From Marsupella aquatica (lineage: Eukaryota; Plantae; Marchantiophyta): DNA of 64,000 bases. Positions 1-13,765 of the stretch are shown here, in pieces. The position numbers were made by a program, and so were the translations under genes. Below the pieces are notes generated by a model that did not search any database, was not told the DNA's origin, and saw only the letters and a program-made list of their open reading frames with translations. The DNA lies in contig OZ316896.1 of the NCBI GenBank assembly GCA_973895155.1, forward strand, positions 17,348,754-17,412,753, given 5' to 3'. Within the stretch, counting starts at the first letter, position 1. Every line of letters starts with the position of its first letter.

Positions 1-1141
1 GACCTAAGGCAAAATTGGGTGGGAGGCTAAGGGCAAGAGTGGGAGCAAGAACCAGCGTGTTACTGTTGTTGATGCGGAAAGTGATAATAGCAAATAATCT
101 GTGTTATTGAATGAAATGGAAGATGGCCAATGCAGAAGATTGTGAGTAGAAGTCGGTGACCGAAGGCACAATTGGGTGGACAACAATGGACAGAAGACTG
201 TACAGAAGAATGGACAGAAGAATTGCCCGCCGCTCAATCTACCACAGGCAAAAGAGTTAGGCGGATGTTTACTTCAAGGTCTTGCTGAAAGAAAATTTCG
301 CTGTCTTCTCTAATGACATCCGATCTTAAACAGACTGCGAAGTTCGTGATATAGCTCTTTAGAAACTTTGGTAGGAAAAACTACGTTAGTAGAGACCCAC
401 ATTTATTGGGGTTTAGGGTTTAAAAATTTTCTTTCATAATCAGGTCTTCTCAGGCTCTAGCTGCCTTTACTTGAGTGAACCTGGAAACACTGACTGGATG
501 CATTCCACTCGTCGAGTGCAAACGTTTCCTCAATTTCATGTATCGAATGATGTGCCAAGGCATGAAGCATGGGCAAGGGGAGGATATTACACCGTTTGAA
601 AATATCAGGTCTACATCTCATCTGCCACGTTGGAGATGGGGGTGTGGAGCGGGCCCAGATAACAATTTCGCAATGTCGAAAGAAATAGCCTCGCCCGGAT
701 GACAGGACCTAGAATTCTGGAGATTGGAGGTAACCCTGTCACTCTAATATATACCTTGACCTGGTGCGATCTGTGTCTCGCACGTTATGCATTCTAGTGC
801 CAAATTTTCCCTGCACGGGGAGCTTGTGGTCTCAAGAGTTTACGCATTTCACGTCAGACACAGTTTCGTAATCCCTGAAAAGCCCAGCCATTCCTGCCAC
901 CCTTTCATCTGGATTCTCGATAGTTGACGTCCTGAAGAGACAGTAGTCAAGCTTTGGCCTCCTGCACACCTTTAAGCAGCTGCACTGCCGACGGCTGGGC
1001 TTTAAGAGAGGAAAACTGAAAGATTGATAATTCCTCTCTTACGTGGTCGCCAAGAATTGTTTTGAAGGGGACTGATGCCAGTTAGGTTCAGTTATCCCTT
1101 TCTGACAAAATGCGGTAGGTCTACTCCTACATTAGTCCACA

Positions 1142-2147
1142 TCAAGACGTTGCAGATGAGGCCTCCGCAGCCGAAGAACTGATCTCAACCTTCGGCACTT
1201 CAGGAGTGTCGTGCGCAACGTATGCCTTCAGCTGCAATACCATGATAGTCAGATAATAATCAGAACAAAAGTACACAAGAGGACCATCTTCTGTCTATTC
1301 AGAGACTAAGACAATCGGGACAAAAATGGAAAAAACGTTACATCACGACTCAAAGCCTCCAGCGCCGAAGCATAGTGGACAGCTTCACTGGAACAGTACC
1401 TTGAAGTCTGTCAGGTCTGGGACAACATAAATTGGTAGTTTCTCTGGCATCAGCAAATAGCCTCCTGCAGGAGAAACCGGCAGAAACATTCCATTAATAC
1501 AAAACTACAACCAGTGGTCACAATATCAGCACTGGAACGTAGGAGAGAGTGACCGGCATTGCTGCTATTAGTCAGTGCAAATCAAGGGATCTCTTACGAA
1601 CTCCGTCAGGAAGCCGTCTACAATCCCTTCCCTGTGGCAGGCGAAATGTAGCATAGACATTCTTAAACCACTAACGCAAACCTAACAAAATTTTGGCAAA
1701 CACGGCCCTGCAAATAGTACAGTGTGAGAGAGTGACAACCACTAAGCTTATCAGTTCGAATTGAAGTATGGACCTTGTACTGTACCTACGCCATTGACGC
1801 ATGCTACGCGGTGAGAAAATACACATAGCATGTAACACGGGTAGGATTCGCTATAGCACATGCATAGGGCTGCATCACCCTCATGATATCCGAGCAGCCC
1901 GGGGTTGCAACGTGCACAACATAGAGTAAGCTTCAACGGAGGTGGAAGCATATCTATCGCAACCAGAGTCCAAAACAGAGTAGAAGAGAGAGAACCCCGG
2001 CATACCTTTGCTGGTGTGTCGACCGGTGGACTTGCATCCCTTTCCTTTGTAAAAACCTTTGGGCCCACGTTTGGTGGTGAGCGCAGTCAAGCCCTTGCGA
2101 GGAACAAGACGACCCCTGAGCAGGCCCGTGAGAATGCCCAACGCCAT
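1142..2147 (-). CDS. MRPL41: Mitochondrial ribosomal protein mL41 (MRP-L27 family), 3 exons: 2147-2006, 1464-1400, 1231-1142; ~98 aa
   Basis: Spliced translation MALGILTGLLRG...LTTKRGPKGFYKGKGCKSTGRHTSKGGYLLMPEKLPIYVVPDLTDFKLKAYVAH...; the KRGP-FYKGKG-TGRHT-KGGY and VPDLT-FKLK-YV motifs are typical of mL41. GT-AG introns keep the frame. Confidence 0.92.
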
Positions 2148-2164
2148 CTTTCCTATCTGCCACT

Positions 2165-2332
2165 CTTCAGTTTCCGTTCAAGATCGCCTCTTAGAAAGCT
2201 TTGAGAACTCCTCGAGCATTTCTTCAGTTCCTCTTCAAGATCGCCTCCTAGAAAGCTTGGAAAACTCCTCGAGCACCACTTCGATTCACCTTCAAGATCG
2301 CCTCCTAGAAAGCTTGGAAAAGTCCTCGAGAA
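2165..2332. repeat. Three ~57-bp tandem units in the mL41 5' leader
   Basis: ttcaagatcgcctc(c/t)tagaaagctt recurs at ~2177, ~2234 and ~2291. Confidence 0.9.
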
Positions 2333-2392
2333 TTTATAGCTGAGACGACGGCCACATGCCCAAGAGCGGTGCTCGTTCCCTCAGGAGATGAC

Positions 2393-2406
2393 AAACCCTA
2401 AAACCC
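2393..2406. promoter_or_regulatory. Telo-box (AAACCCTA) upstream of mL41
   Basis: aaaccctaaaaccc about 250 bp upstream of the ATG. Telo-boxes are an established feature of plant ribosomal-protein promoters. Confidence 0.5.
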
Positions 2407-2454
2407 AGCAGATAATCATGTCAAGTAGGGCGTCTAAAAGGGCCTATTGACGGC

Positions 2455-2600
2455 ATCTTTCTCCCTATGGGACCGTGCAATTATGCCAGTACATTTATGC
2501 CACTTTCTCCCTATGGGACCGTGCATTTATGCCAGTACATTTATGCCTCTTTCTCCCTATGGGACCGGCCCTTTCTCCCTATGGGACAGGGCCTATGGGA
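2455..2600. repeat. Short tandem repeat (ttctccctatgggac core, ~4 copies) upstream of mL41
   Basis: ctccctatgggac at ~2461, ~2506, ~2553 and ~2575. Confidence 0.85.
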
Positions 2601-5600
2601 CTATGCAAGGAGGGCTTGCACAGTACCATAGGGAGAAAATGTCTGGAATGTAAACATGGATCGCGAAGTTCTATGCGGAGGTCCTTGTTGCGGGTGGGGA
2701 TGGAGGGGCATAATGAGTGCACGGGGGTGCACGGAAGGGAGCAAAATCTGATGCATGTCTCGTTTCACGATCGGATGGATACGAAAAAAGAGATGCTTTA
2801 ATCTGACGGTTCAGTTTCATTCCCGCTGATATTCAAATTCGTAACGGGACGACGGACGAAAGTGGCCAAATGGGCGGGATTGCCTATTATAGTGTTAGAT
2901 GCTAGCAAACACGAATTTTGTTAGCAAAGAGAGTGTTAAAAGAGAGTGTTGTTAGCGAGATACTAGAGGTTTTTAGTTTATTGAGCTTTTTATTGCCTTT
3001 TATATTGTTTTTGTGTTTTTATTATGACTCCAAATGATAGACCTAAACTCCAAAAGACTAGGCCGGGAGTTCACTAGCAAAAAGAGGAGTCCCAATTTGG
3101 AATAATGTCAATTAGGGAGTCTAAAAGGGCCTATTCAGAGCATCCCCACCCTGAAGGGATTTTGTTGACTGATACATACATATTCAATTTGATAAGTGTG
3201 TCTAAAGAGCCCATGTTGAGCATCTCTAACCCAAAGAGGTTTTGTTACCAGGAACTATGAATACAAAATTTGACAAAGCATTTAGTTCACTGTATATCTA
3301 TCATGGCCGACTGAAAAGTGGCTTCAACCCTGACTAGATAATATCCCTAAATAATAGTTATCAAAATCTTACAGCCCTAGACTGAAATCTTGAGAACCTA
3401 AGAGTAAACCCACTAAAGAGTCCACTAGTGTATAATCTCATCCAGAAATAAATGCAATAAGGCCACTAACCTAAAAACCTTGTTGGAGCGTTCTCTTGAG
3501 TGGGTTGGATTTCTGACTTTTTCTATTTTTCTTTGTGGGGTTTATTCAACTCCCCAATAGAGTAACAAAACCCAGTTAAGTTGGAGATGCTCTTACAATA
3601 AGGGTTACCACATTATTTTCACAAGCTGACAAACTTACCAGGCTAGCCTGAATGGGCTTCTTTAGATAAGGGAAAATTACCAAATCACTCTCACATGTTG
3701 CAAAGTTTACCAAGCTACCCTGAAGTCTGAGCTTTGCTTGGTAATAAACAAATGGTGACTATCATCATGCCTGTTTCAAGTTCCACCCCAATGTAAGAGT
3801 CATGGTCTAGAGACTTCATTAATAACTAATCAATGCTCATTTCCAGTTCCGCCCCCAATGGAGAAGCTCCGCTCTAGATCCAGGATTAAATTCATGTTAT
3901 AATGAGTCTTTCTTGTATTTGAATGCCTGTTTTCTTAAGACACCTTGCCATCAAAAGGAAAGAATTAGGATGGATTTCACTTTACCCCTCTTAAATGTCA
4001 TCAAGGTTTTACATTTCTGCCCAGTACAGCAGGAAAAGGGGACGTCAAACAACGATTTCCACAGCGCCCATGCCATTCTGCACCACAAAAGGGGACATCA
4101 AAAAATTCTCAAGCCTCATGCCCAATGCAGCGGTGCAACAGGAAAGCGGCAGTACCTATACTTGAATTCCTTGGACACCTTTTCTTACACATATGCGCAA
4201 GTGACTTGCTAGCTGCTCTCTTTTAAGATAATCCCAGGTCCCATGAAACTGAGAGTATTTTATTGTCCTCTCCTCTACTCACTTTCTTTAGATATTGATA
4301 AAATAATAATAATAAATAATCATTCATTTATTCATTCATATCATACATAAGATAAGATACCATCATGAGTATGCACATCCACTTTGGGCTCTAGAGTCAA
4401 AGTCTAGAGTCTTCCCAAACTACCCTAGCTTATATTTTGGTTACATTATATATACAACTCCTCTACTCTACTGACGTTCAATTGACCCCCTAGCTCATTT
4501 TGAGGCCTTGTTTGAGTAAAAATAATGTATGTGATATTAGCTTTAGCTCAAGTTGTGTGAGTATATTAAGATCCAAAATGATCTTGTAAAACACTTTATT
4601 ATGCTGAGATATAGTTCTACAAGATTTAGTGAAAATATAGGATAAATTATTTTTCCAAATGTGATTTTGCAATAGTCTTCATAATGACCAGTAAAATGAG
4701 GGCTTTTAGCTTGAGTTTTGGGAGGCTAATATGGTTCATAATGCTATGCTAGCAGGCATTAAAACACTCAAAATATATGAGATATTTTAGCTAGTTTTAG
4801 AACATTAATAAACCCAAGGCACAATTTTTTTTAGTTACTAGTTGATTTGGGCATTGAATGACACTATATTAGACCACTAAAGTGCCATGGGTACTTTGGG
4901 TTGAGAAAACTACTTTCTCAAGATCAATTGGGAAGATTACTTTTCTTCAACAACGAACCCTAAGCTTTCTATTAGTTGAGCCCGGTTAATTTGTAGAAAA
5001 TTTGTCAATGTACTTTCAAATAATTGGAAATTCTGGAGATTTCACTGAAGTCTGACTTTGGCTAGTTTTGAATTAGAGGTTAATAGCCTCATGACCTTGA
5101 CGTAGCTATTCACCAAATGGAGAAGGGCAAAACTAGCTTTAAGAAGAGATAAGTCTCATTAGGAAGGGAAGCTGGTAGTCATGTTGTGTTGAACAAGTAG
5201 GATAGATTTTCTCACAAAATCATTGTGTACCCATTCAACGATGGCCTGAGCAGTTTGACATTTTTCCAACTGTCACATGAATAGTTTGCTTTGCAGACCA
5301 AAGTTAACAACGTGATTTATCACAAGCAGTTGTCAAAATCAAGCCTTTTTGTTACATGCAACCAAATTCTCTAGAGAGTCAATAGTCAATAGTCAATTTG
5401 TGGCAATGTCCATTTGAAACCAGATCAATGTCTGATCAAATAAATTGTATTGAATTCATTGAATTCAAGTTGCGACCATGGCCGGCAATTTGCCTTTAAT
5501 TGCAAAAGGCTAAATATCTTTCTCCATCTGCTAGTTACCTTTTAACAAGGTAGTTATCAAGTTAGTTATTAGTCATTGTTTATTATACATGAAAAATATT

Positions 5601-6094
5601 TTTTCAAATCTTTTAAATTTAATTATTGAAATTGGAGACCTAACTAAAATGGTTACATAGTGACAATTTTACACATCTTGCTCTTTGCATTTTTAAATTT
5701 GTACATTTTTTTACTACATGATGTCCCAAAATTTACACCCAAATTAACGCAAACACACGAATGAAAATTGTAAATCTGATTCACAAAACGGACAAGTCTT
5801 GTTTGTTGGGGTTGTTGCTTACGGAAGTGACTTCTCATGGGGTCACTAAAGAAAGAGTACTGGGGGCTAGTGTTATATAAACTAGTCACCTTAAAAGAAA
5901 GAGTAGTGGGTGCTAGTGTTATATAAACTGAACATGTTCTGCTCCGCCTGCTCGCCTGCTCCGCAAATTCCGGAGAACTGTAAAGCAAAAACATTCGCAT
6001 TGGAACAGGAAACGTGGGGACAGAGTAGACAGAAGCGAGGTGGTCTTCTCACTGATGTGGATCGGTTCAATTAGGCGAACGTTGTGCAGAGGAG

Positions 6095-6470
6095 TGCATC
6101 TTGATTAGTTTGATTGTGCTGTGTAGTAGTTGACAGGTTGATTTGCGACACCCATCGGTGTTTCGGGCAGAGGCGACGATTGGGTGCAGAGATTTTGAAG
6201 AAGTAGAAGTAGAAGAAGAAGAAGAAAATTCGTCTTGATTAGTTTCATTCTGTAGTGTAGGAGCTGACAGGTTGATTCGCCGGACACCATTCTCGGGGTT
6301 TGGGGCAGAACCGACGATGGTGCAGAGATTTTGAAGAAGAAGAAGAAGAAAAAGAAGAAGAAAAAATTCGTCTTCATTAGTTTGATTCGGTTGTTTAGGA
6401 GCTGACAGGTTGATTCGCCGGACACCATTCTCGGAGTTTGGGGCAGAGCCGACGATGGTGCAGAAAATTG
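6095..6470. repeat. Three ~135-bp tandem units with GAA microsatellite tails in the CPSF100 5' leader
   Basis: tct(tg/tc)attagttt...tgacaggttgatt...gggcaga..cgacgat..gtgcaga recurs at ~6099, ~6233 and ~6371. Confidence 0.9.
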
Positions 6471-6562
6471 AAAAACAAGTCCGGGCTGTGGTGTGGGTGG
6501 AGTGACATTGTAGGGTTGAAGAGAGGAGAGCATAGCAAAGCAAAGAGAGAAAGCGTCAAGCA

Positions 6563-9500
6563 ATGGGGAGCTGCAGTGTGCAGCTGACGCCCCTTTCCGG
6601 GGCCCATTCGGAGTCGCCCCTGTGCTACATGCTGCAGGTTGATGGCTTCCGGTTTCTTCTGGACTGCGGCTGGACTGATTCCTTTGATGTCTCCCAACTC
6701 CAACCCCTCGCCAGGTGCGTTCCTGGAGGTCAGAGGACCAGAGCTTATTGGAACGAAGAACAATAGTTTGGAAGTCCAAATTCAATTCAAATTGAGGGGC
6801 GATAAATGTTGCTTCATCCCTTGCACTCTGCTTGGACTGTTAAACTGTTAATTTCCGTCTAGTTTGGGAATTTAAGCATTTCGTGACCCAGATGCTGTTT
6901 GTGTCTGTTCAGTGTGGCGTCGACTATCGATGCAGTCCTACTCTCGTATCCTGATACCATGCACCTTGGAGCTTTGCCCTATGCTGTTGGGAAGCTTGGG
7001 CTTACAGCGACTGTATATTGCACACTTCCGGTGCACCGAATGGGTCAAATGTATATGTATGACCACTACCTTTCACGCAGGGTAAGCTCCTTTCTCTAAC
7101 GACGGCTATTACGAATGAATGACTCGTATACCTGGCGTCAGTGTAATGTTAGGGTTTCATGCATCTCCTCCCGTGTATATCTGGTGCGTTAGTTTGAAGA
7201 TATGCAGCAATTCGCTTGGGATAGAAGCTTTCGACGTTCAGTTACAGTCTTGCTCGCAGAGAGGGAGGTTAATACCGTTCGTCTTTTGTCCGACAGTCAC
7301 GGTTTTATGTATCGTACCCTAAACCCCAACCTATCAGATCATCTTGTTCCTGCTTCAGAAGTTGTCTCGTAAAACAATTCAGTTTGTCATGCCGTGAGCA
7401 TGCTGCCTGATTTTGAATTTATTCTTTCAGGATTAAGGAGGTGGTGGGATTCTTGGGATGGTGCGTGTAGGCTGTTTCAAATTTTGATACATTCAACCTT
7501 GACGATGTTGATACGGCATTTCATCCGATTAATTCAGTCCAGCTCAAGTATTCTCAGCACTTTCCTTTACAAGGTGAACTCCGTCTTTATATTTTGAGCT
7601 GCTGGAGCTTGTTCATGCTTCCCCGAAGCATACGGGTCTACAGAATCTTGGCTACCCCTTCAATACAGTTTTTTTCGTGCATGCTTCTTATTATTGGCAA
7701 GCGTTTCTGATTTTTCGATTGCAGTGTGCTGAGCTAGTATAGAAACGTAGTATCAGCGACCGTTTTCTCTATCGTACTCTACAAAATTCTACTTGAAGTT
7801 AATATGGGGCAGGAGCAATGATACCTATGAATTTGGTTTCAGGGAAAGGTGAAGGGATAATTATAACTCCCTATGCAGCTGGACACCTATTGGGAGGAAC
7901 AGTTTGGAAAATAACCGTAGATGCCGAGGATATCATTTATGCAGTTGATTATAACCATCGGAAGGAAAGGTATCATTCTTCAGATGTCAGGGTGTTCATT
8001 TTTGTGTCATTGAAGATGTTGACTTTTGCTTTAGGTGTTTTTCCGTGCTTTTTATATACTATCTGAAGGCGTTTATGTGGAACAGTTTTCAGTCGCTGAA
8101 TGGACGTCCAATGATTTTGCAGGCATTTGAATGGAACAGTTCTCGAGACATTCGTTCGACCTTCAGTTCTTATAACAGATTCTTACAACGCTCTGAATAA
8201 TCAGCCTTCCCGCAGGAAACGAGATGTTGAGTTCCTTGGTGAGACTTCAAGCTGGGCTCATGAACATGTCAGAATAGTAGGTCTCTCATCCCATCAGTCC
8301 GCAGAACATCCTAGAATGAAGTGGGTGATGTATCTCCAACCTAATTCAACCCAATCCCAACTCAGCCCACCCTCTCCGCCACCCCCCTGCCCCCGCTGCC
8401 CTACCCCCTTCTCAACACCTAAGTTTGTCCATGATGTCTTAGAGCTTACTGTTGGCGGGCCTTCCTGGTTTGCAGTATTCAAACTTTCTAAAGTTCTGAA
8501 ATGTTGTCCTTGTCCAGTAACTTACTTTTTCCATTTGCATCGTTTATGATTCTGTAACAGATGTAATAGTAAAGACGTTGCGCGCGGGTGGAAATGTTCT
8601 TCTCCCGGTCGAAAGTGCAGGACGCGTGCTGGAGCTTGTCCTGTGCTTGGACAAAGTATGTGGTACATCTAACGTGTTGTGTTGTTTACTATGTTTACAA
8701 AGCGTAGACATAGTAAACACCGAATCTTTGCAACTCACGTAACGAAAATTTATTTCAATAAATCTCGTTACGTGAGTTGTAAAGATTTGGTGTTACCATG
8801 TCTACTCTTTAAATTAGGCTTATACACATCTCATGAACCAAAGTTTTAGTGCTGCAGATCAGCACCAAATCTATTTCCTGGATCTAAACTTGTGTATTGT
8901 GATCGGCCATCAGAATCTAGAGACGGAGTATCATCCGACAATTCTAATACTTTGTTTGCTGGTTGTAGTGCTGGGCAGTTGACAAGCTGAATTACCCTAT
9001 GGCCCTTCTGACTAATGTTTCATATAGCACGTTGGAGTTTGCTAAGAGTTTACTCGAGTGGATGAGTGATGCTATTGCTAAATCCTTTGAGCACACCAGA
9101 GACAACTCTTTTGTCTTAAAGTACGTCGTAAAGAACGTATACTCATTGCTTCAATTTTTGTGTTGCTTCTGAATTTCGACTTTCTCCTTCAGCTTGATCT
9201 GCATATTGAATACTCTTACTGGGTTTAAGGTTTTTTTGGAAGGTGTGTGAGCCCTGTAGTTTTCTACTGTAGTTTCGAAGTCGTTTTACCATTTCCTTTA
9301 CAGCTTCGACTCACAAGTTGCTCTACTTTTGGTGTAGGTATCTAAGGTTGTGCCACACAAGGAAGGAACTTGAGGACCTGCCTCCGGGCCCTAAGGTAAG
9401 TCATTTTTTGTGCATGATGTTCAGTCACCATTTCTCCAGTTTAAGTAATTGACAATATTCCTGCATGAGGGTACTCCACTCAAGTCAATCAGCCGCTGGT

Positions 9501-12500
9501 GTGTAAAATATGTCCGAGTAAGAATTCAGATGGTACCCATATTTTTCTTAATGATCTGCATCTTAATAGATGAGGATTGGTCGTGTGCAAGGTGGTCTTT
9601 GCATCCATGGCTAGCTTGGAGGCTGGCTTTGCTCGGGAGCTTTTTGTCGAATGGGCGACAGATTCAAATAACCTTGTTCTCTTCACAGAACGGGCGCAGG
9701 TGGGAATCGATTTCTTGCTGAGACTAAGGATGGTTCTGTAATTTACGCAATTGGATGTTTACAGTCGCACAGGCATAGCATGAAATTCAAATTTGTTTGC
9801 TTTCAGAAAATTGCTCGTACAGTAAGAAATGACTGTTGTCATTTGCTGCAATTTGTTGCGTTGTATGTCTTAGCATTTCAAAGGGCTTGACTTTCTTCAC
9901 TCCGAACTTGCTGAAGTGATCCAATTCTCATTAAGGTTTGTTTTTGTTTGACCATGTTTTGTCCGTACCAAAGATTGGCACGCTGTCTCGAGAATTACAA
10001 AGAGAGCCCCCTCCAAAGGTAGTGAAGGTCACCATGAGTAAGAAAATCCCTCTAAGTGGCGAGGAACTGAAAGCTTTTGAAGAGCAGAATCGCGTCAATC
10101 AAGAGACTCTGAAGGTAGCAGTCATCCCTGCCGAGGAGGGCGTGACTCCATTGATTGGAGCTAGTCCAGTGCCCGTGGTAGCAATCACCACAGAGCCTAT
10201 CAAATCCGCAGAAGGTACACATTACTAGACTTCAGATGAAAGTTTCCAGAATTTTGGTATATCTTGGATCTTCGAGAATTCTCGAGGTGTCTTTTAGTGA
10301 ATCTATCAATCAAGTGTAGCCTGCAAGGGGAACTTCTAGGTTTTACAGCGTCCATTAGAGATATTTCTGCTAGCAACGAATGTGCTGTTATCTTCGATTT
10401 TGCAAGACATCGCATTCATTGCCAATGCACTGAAGGATAATAACGATGCGAATCTGGTTTTGCTCCTTATCCTCTCCCAACAGGAGTGAAACAGCTTTCG
10501 TCTGGAGGGTCTCAACGTGACATCCTCGTCGAGGGCTTTACCGTGCCACCAAACGCAGTTGCGCCTATGTTTCCATTTCATGAAAAAGCTAGTGATTGGG
10601 ATGAGTACGGAGAAATAATAAATCCTGACGATTACATTTCTAAGGATGAAGAAATGCTGGATTTGACGGCAACCCAGGTTCTCCATCTTCTTTCGTCTGA
10701 TAATCACCAAGGACATTGCCTTCTCAGAACTGAATTCACCGCATATAAAAACTCTTGAACTTGCTAACTGACTCGAACACGAACGCTTCATGTTTGCCGT
10801 GCTTTGAGCAGTCAGGAGATATTTCTTTGCTAGAAGGTCTGTTGCTTTCAAGTGTGTACCAATCAAGGGTGGTAAATGATTTGAGTCCTTTTTGTGCCAG
10901 ACCCCTGGTGCAGATGGTGAAGCTCCGAAAGCAGATGGGGAAACAGACGAAGCTCTGATGAGTGAAAAACCGTCAAAAGTTGTATTAGAAAACCTCACAG
11001 TAAGTCACAAATTTTTCCCTATGTCCTTTCCTTAATGGCACGAAAATGTAGTCCACCATCTTTGGATGGTTTTTGCAAATGGTTGTTCCCATGATAATTT
11101 GACAACATACTGGTGAACTCGGCCTAAAATGTCTGGTTGACTTGAACAGGTGCAAGTGAGATGTGGACTGCAATATATAGACTTTGAGGGAAGGTCTGAT
11201 GGGCGATCCATCAAAAACATTTTGGCACATGTTGCTCCGCTGAAACTAGTACGTCTACACCTCCTTAATGTATTGCTGGCTGCCATCTTCTGCTTTGTCA
11301 TGATGAGATGGTATTCACAATATCCAGTCATCCTCAGAAAGAGTTTCAGAACCGTTAAACGTCGCCATATTCAAATACTTAAGTATAGCCCTGAGCGATT
11401 CAAGGACCAAACGAATCAACCTCACTGAACGATTATCTGGGCTTCTAAGAAAGGGATTGAAACTTGGATTTGCTAGACAGCGTGTCGACAGTTAGCGACT
11501 GGTGATTTATCTAGCCCGATGGTAGTGAGTTCAAGTGGACACTTAGATTCTCCTTTCGCGATGTGGAGATGTATCTCATAGTTATCAGAGTTTGTCACCA
11601 TTTGGCCATCTCAAGTGACAGATTATGCTGATGTAGGTATTGATTCATGGATCTGCCGAGGCCACCGAACATTTACGACAACATTGCCAGAAAAACGTAT
11701 GTCAGTTTGTCTATGCTCCTCGACTTTCTGAGACAGTGGACATAACATCAGATTTGTCGGCTTTTAAGGTACAAAAGCTCTTCTCCCTTGCACTGGCAAC
11801 CACGTTTTCTCCGTGCTATTATTCTTCAGACTCGGTAAATTGGGGAGGTTCACCCCTTCTGCAAATCCTTGTGTGGAGTCTACGAGATTTAACTTCATAA
11901 ACTAATTCGTGATAAAATGTTCTCAGGTGAGGTTGACTGAGGGCCTCATGAGGAGCGTTCTGTTTAGAAAGGTCAGTTCTGCCAAACCCTCTCATCTGCA
12001 ACACAAAACGCCTTTGGAAAACTCTGAAAACTGTTGGGGTAGAATGAACTCTCGTAAGAAAATTCTTGGCTGTAAGCTGGATATGTATTGGACTGAATTA
12101 CTTTCCTGCTTTTCTATAAATAATCTATTATGACTCAGAAAACCTGATCACGAGGTTGGTCGTCATGGTCAGCTGGGGGATTATGAGCTTGCTTGGGTTG
12201 ATGGAGAAATAGGAGAGGAAGAAGAAGATGTGTTACCACTTCTCCCACTTTCGAAAACCCCACCACCGCACAAAGCCGTTTATGTTGGGGACCTACGGCT
12301 TCCTGACTTCAAGCAGCTACTTGCAACCAAGGGTGTACAGGTGCTGCTGTTGAATCTGAGTTTCTTTTCGTATAGTAGAGTGCAGCTTTGATGAAGTTGA
12401 GTTTTAACATATACTAGTGGCTGGTGTAAATACGATATTTCATGCTGCGATATGATTGTCCACATTAGATTTGGAGACCAGTTGATTCTACCTGTCCAAC

Positions 12501-13266
12501 AATTTTCCTTCCAGATTAATGGTTCTTTTCTGATGAGATTCATGCCTTCGTATTCTTACATGTATACAATGTGATGCTGAGCTCTGATTTTTACGGGTCA
12601 ACAGGCAGAATTTGCTGGCGGAGTCCTACGCTGCGGAGATAATATTTCTGTTCGCAGGGTAAGTGGCCAAAAAAAGTTGAATCACATTGCATTATTGTCT
12701 TTTAATTTTAAATTGCGGCACAAGAGCAGAGAACAAAATCTTGCTACACCTCCAGTCCCAAAATAGGAGCCTCCGATCAGAAGAGTCCAAGTACAAACGT
12801 GGGTCCAAACTTCAAGAGTAGGAGTAAAAGGTTTAATTGTTGCTGGTAGATGGAAGAAGCATGGGACATGACCAGTGGCAACACAAATTTCATGATGTAT
12901 GCAAGCAGAGACTCAATGACTGAAGATACTGCATGTCTTGAAAAGAACGAATGCACTGTCATGAAAACAATTTGGCTCAGTTCTGTAAATGATATACTAC
13001 TGACACTTGCAGTACTCGCAGATCCGTCATTATTCTGGAGTTGCTGTATATTTGTTGAATCTCACGGTCTATGCCGAAATCTTCCTCTCTTATTCAAAGC
13101 ATCTGTAGATTGGATTGAGAGTTGGGTGCTTGAACGTGGCGAATCTAATACGTGTTTGTTGTATTGTTTGCAGAGTGGTGGTCAACAACTAGTCATCGAA
13201 GGTCCACTCTCGGAAGATTACTATAAAATACGTGAACTTTTATATTCACAGTTTTATATGCTTTAG
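6563..13266 (+). CDS. CPSF100: Cleavage and polyadenylation specificity factor 100 kDa subunit (CPSF2/CPSF100), ~18 exons (approx. 6563-6714, 6913-7081, 7471-7573, 7843-7969, 8123-8238, 8561-8655, 8969-9121, 9338-9394, 9592-9699, 9973-10213, 10484-10677, 10901-10999, 11150-11248, 11637-11768, 11927-11971, 12173-12340, 12605-12658, 13174-13266)
   Basis: [37 protein letters not shown]; [20 protein letters not shown]; [15 protein letters not shown]; [10 protein letters not shown]; [17 protein letters not shown]; [13 protein letters not shown]; [11 protein letters not shown]; C-terminal [23 protein letters not shown]. This is the degenerate metallo-beta-lactamase/beta-CASP architecture of CPSF100. 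Confidence 0.96.
8699..8810. repeat. ~112-bp near-perfect inverted repeat (hairpin) in CPSF100 intron 6
   Basis: Left arm aaagcgtagacatagtaaacaccgaatctttgcaactcacgtaacgaaaatttatt matches the reverse complement of the right arm (aaagagtagacatggtaacaccaaatctttacaactcacgtaacgagatttatt) with a few mismatches and indels. Confidence 0.9.
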
Positions 13267-13765
13267 ATGGAACTCATGCAGTTCTGTAATGTATCTGACA
13301 GTCGCTGAGTTTCACATGTACAATTTGCTTCGCTCCTTAATTCATCACTGTTATGAGATGTTGACAAATCGTCGTCAATCAGATTTTGAGCTACTTTTGA
13401 AGTTGATAAGGGACATACAACGTGCCAAAAATTTATTACTGATTTAACAAGTGTAGTGAGTTGGTTGAGGGCTTTGGATATGAGAGGGCCATCTGTTTTT
13501 CTTATAATTTGGAATATTAAGTATGGTAGTCTAGGTTGGAAGCTGCTTGTCTGGCGGTGCTGCAACAAGAAAGTCGCATTTTAAAGGAGACCTAAAGTGG
13601 GCAAGAAGCAAACAATACAAAAACTCCTGTTGTCTCCATTATTCATAGGGATGCAAAGGTTTTTTCTGAATGCTTGGTACCCAAAAACTTTTGACTCATA
13701 TTTGGAGCACCTTTGGTAGACTTTTATTGAAAAAAGGTGAAGAGCCGGGTTATGGAAATGAAGTA

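Noticed and set aside
6067-6785. Minus-strand ORFs of 122-226 aa
   Set aside because: They arise from the leader repeats and antisense of CPSF100 exon 1; low-complexity poly-F/L/S content.
10336-10998. 220-aa antisense ORF
   Set aside because: Overlaps CPSF100 exons and introns on the opposite strand; no domain signal.
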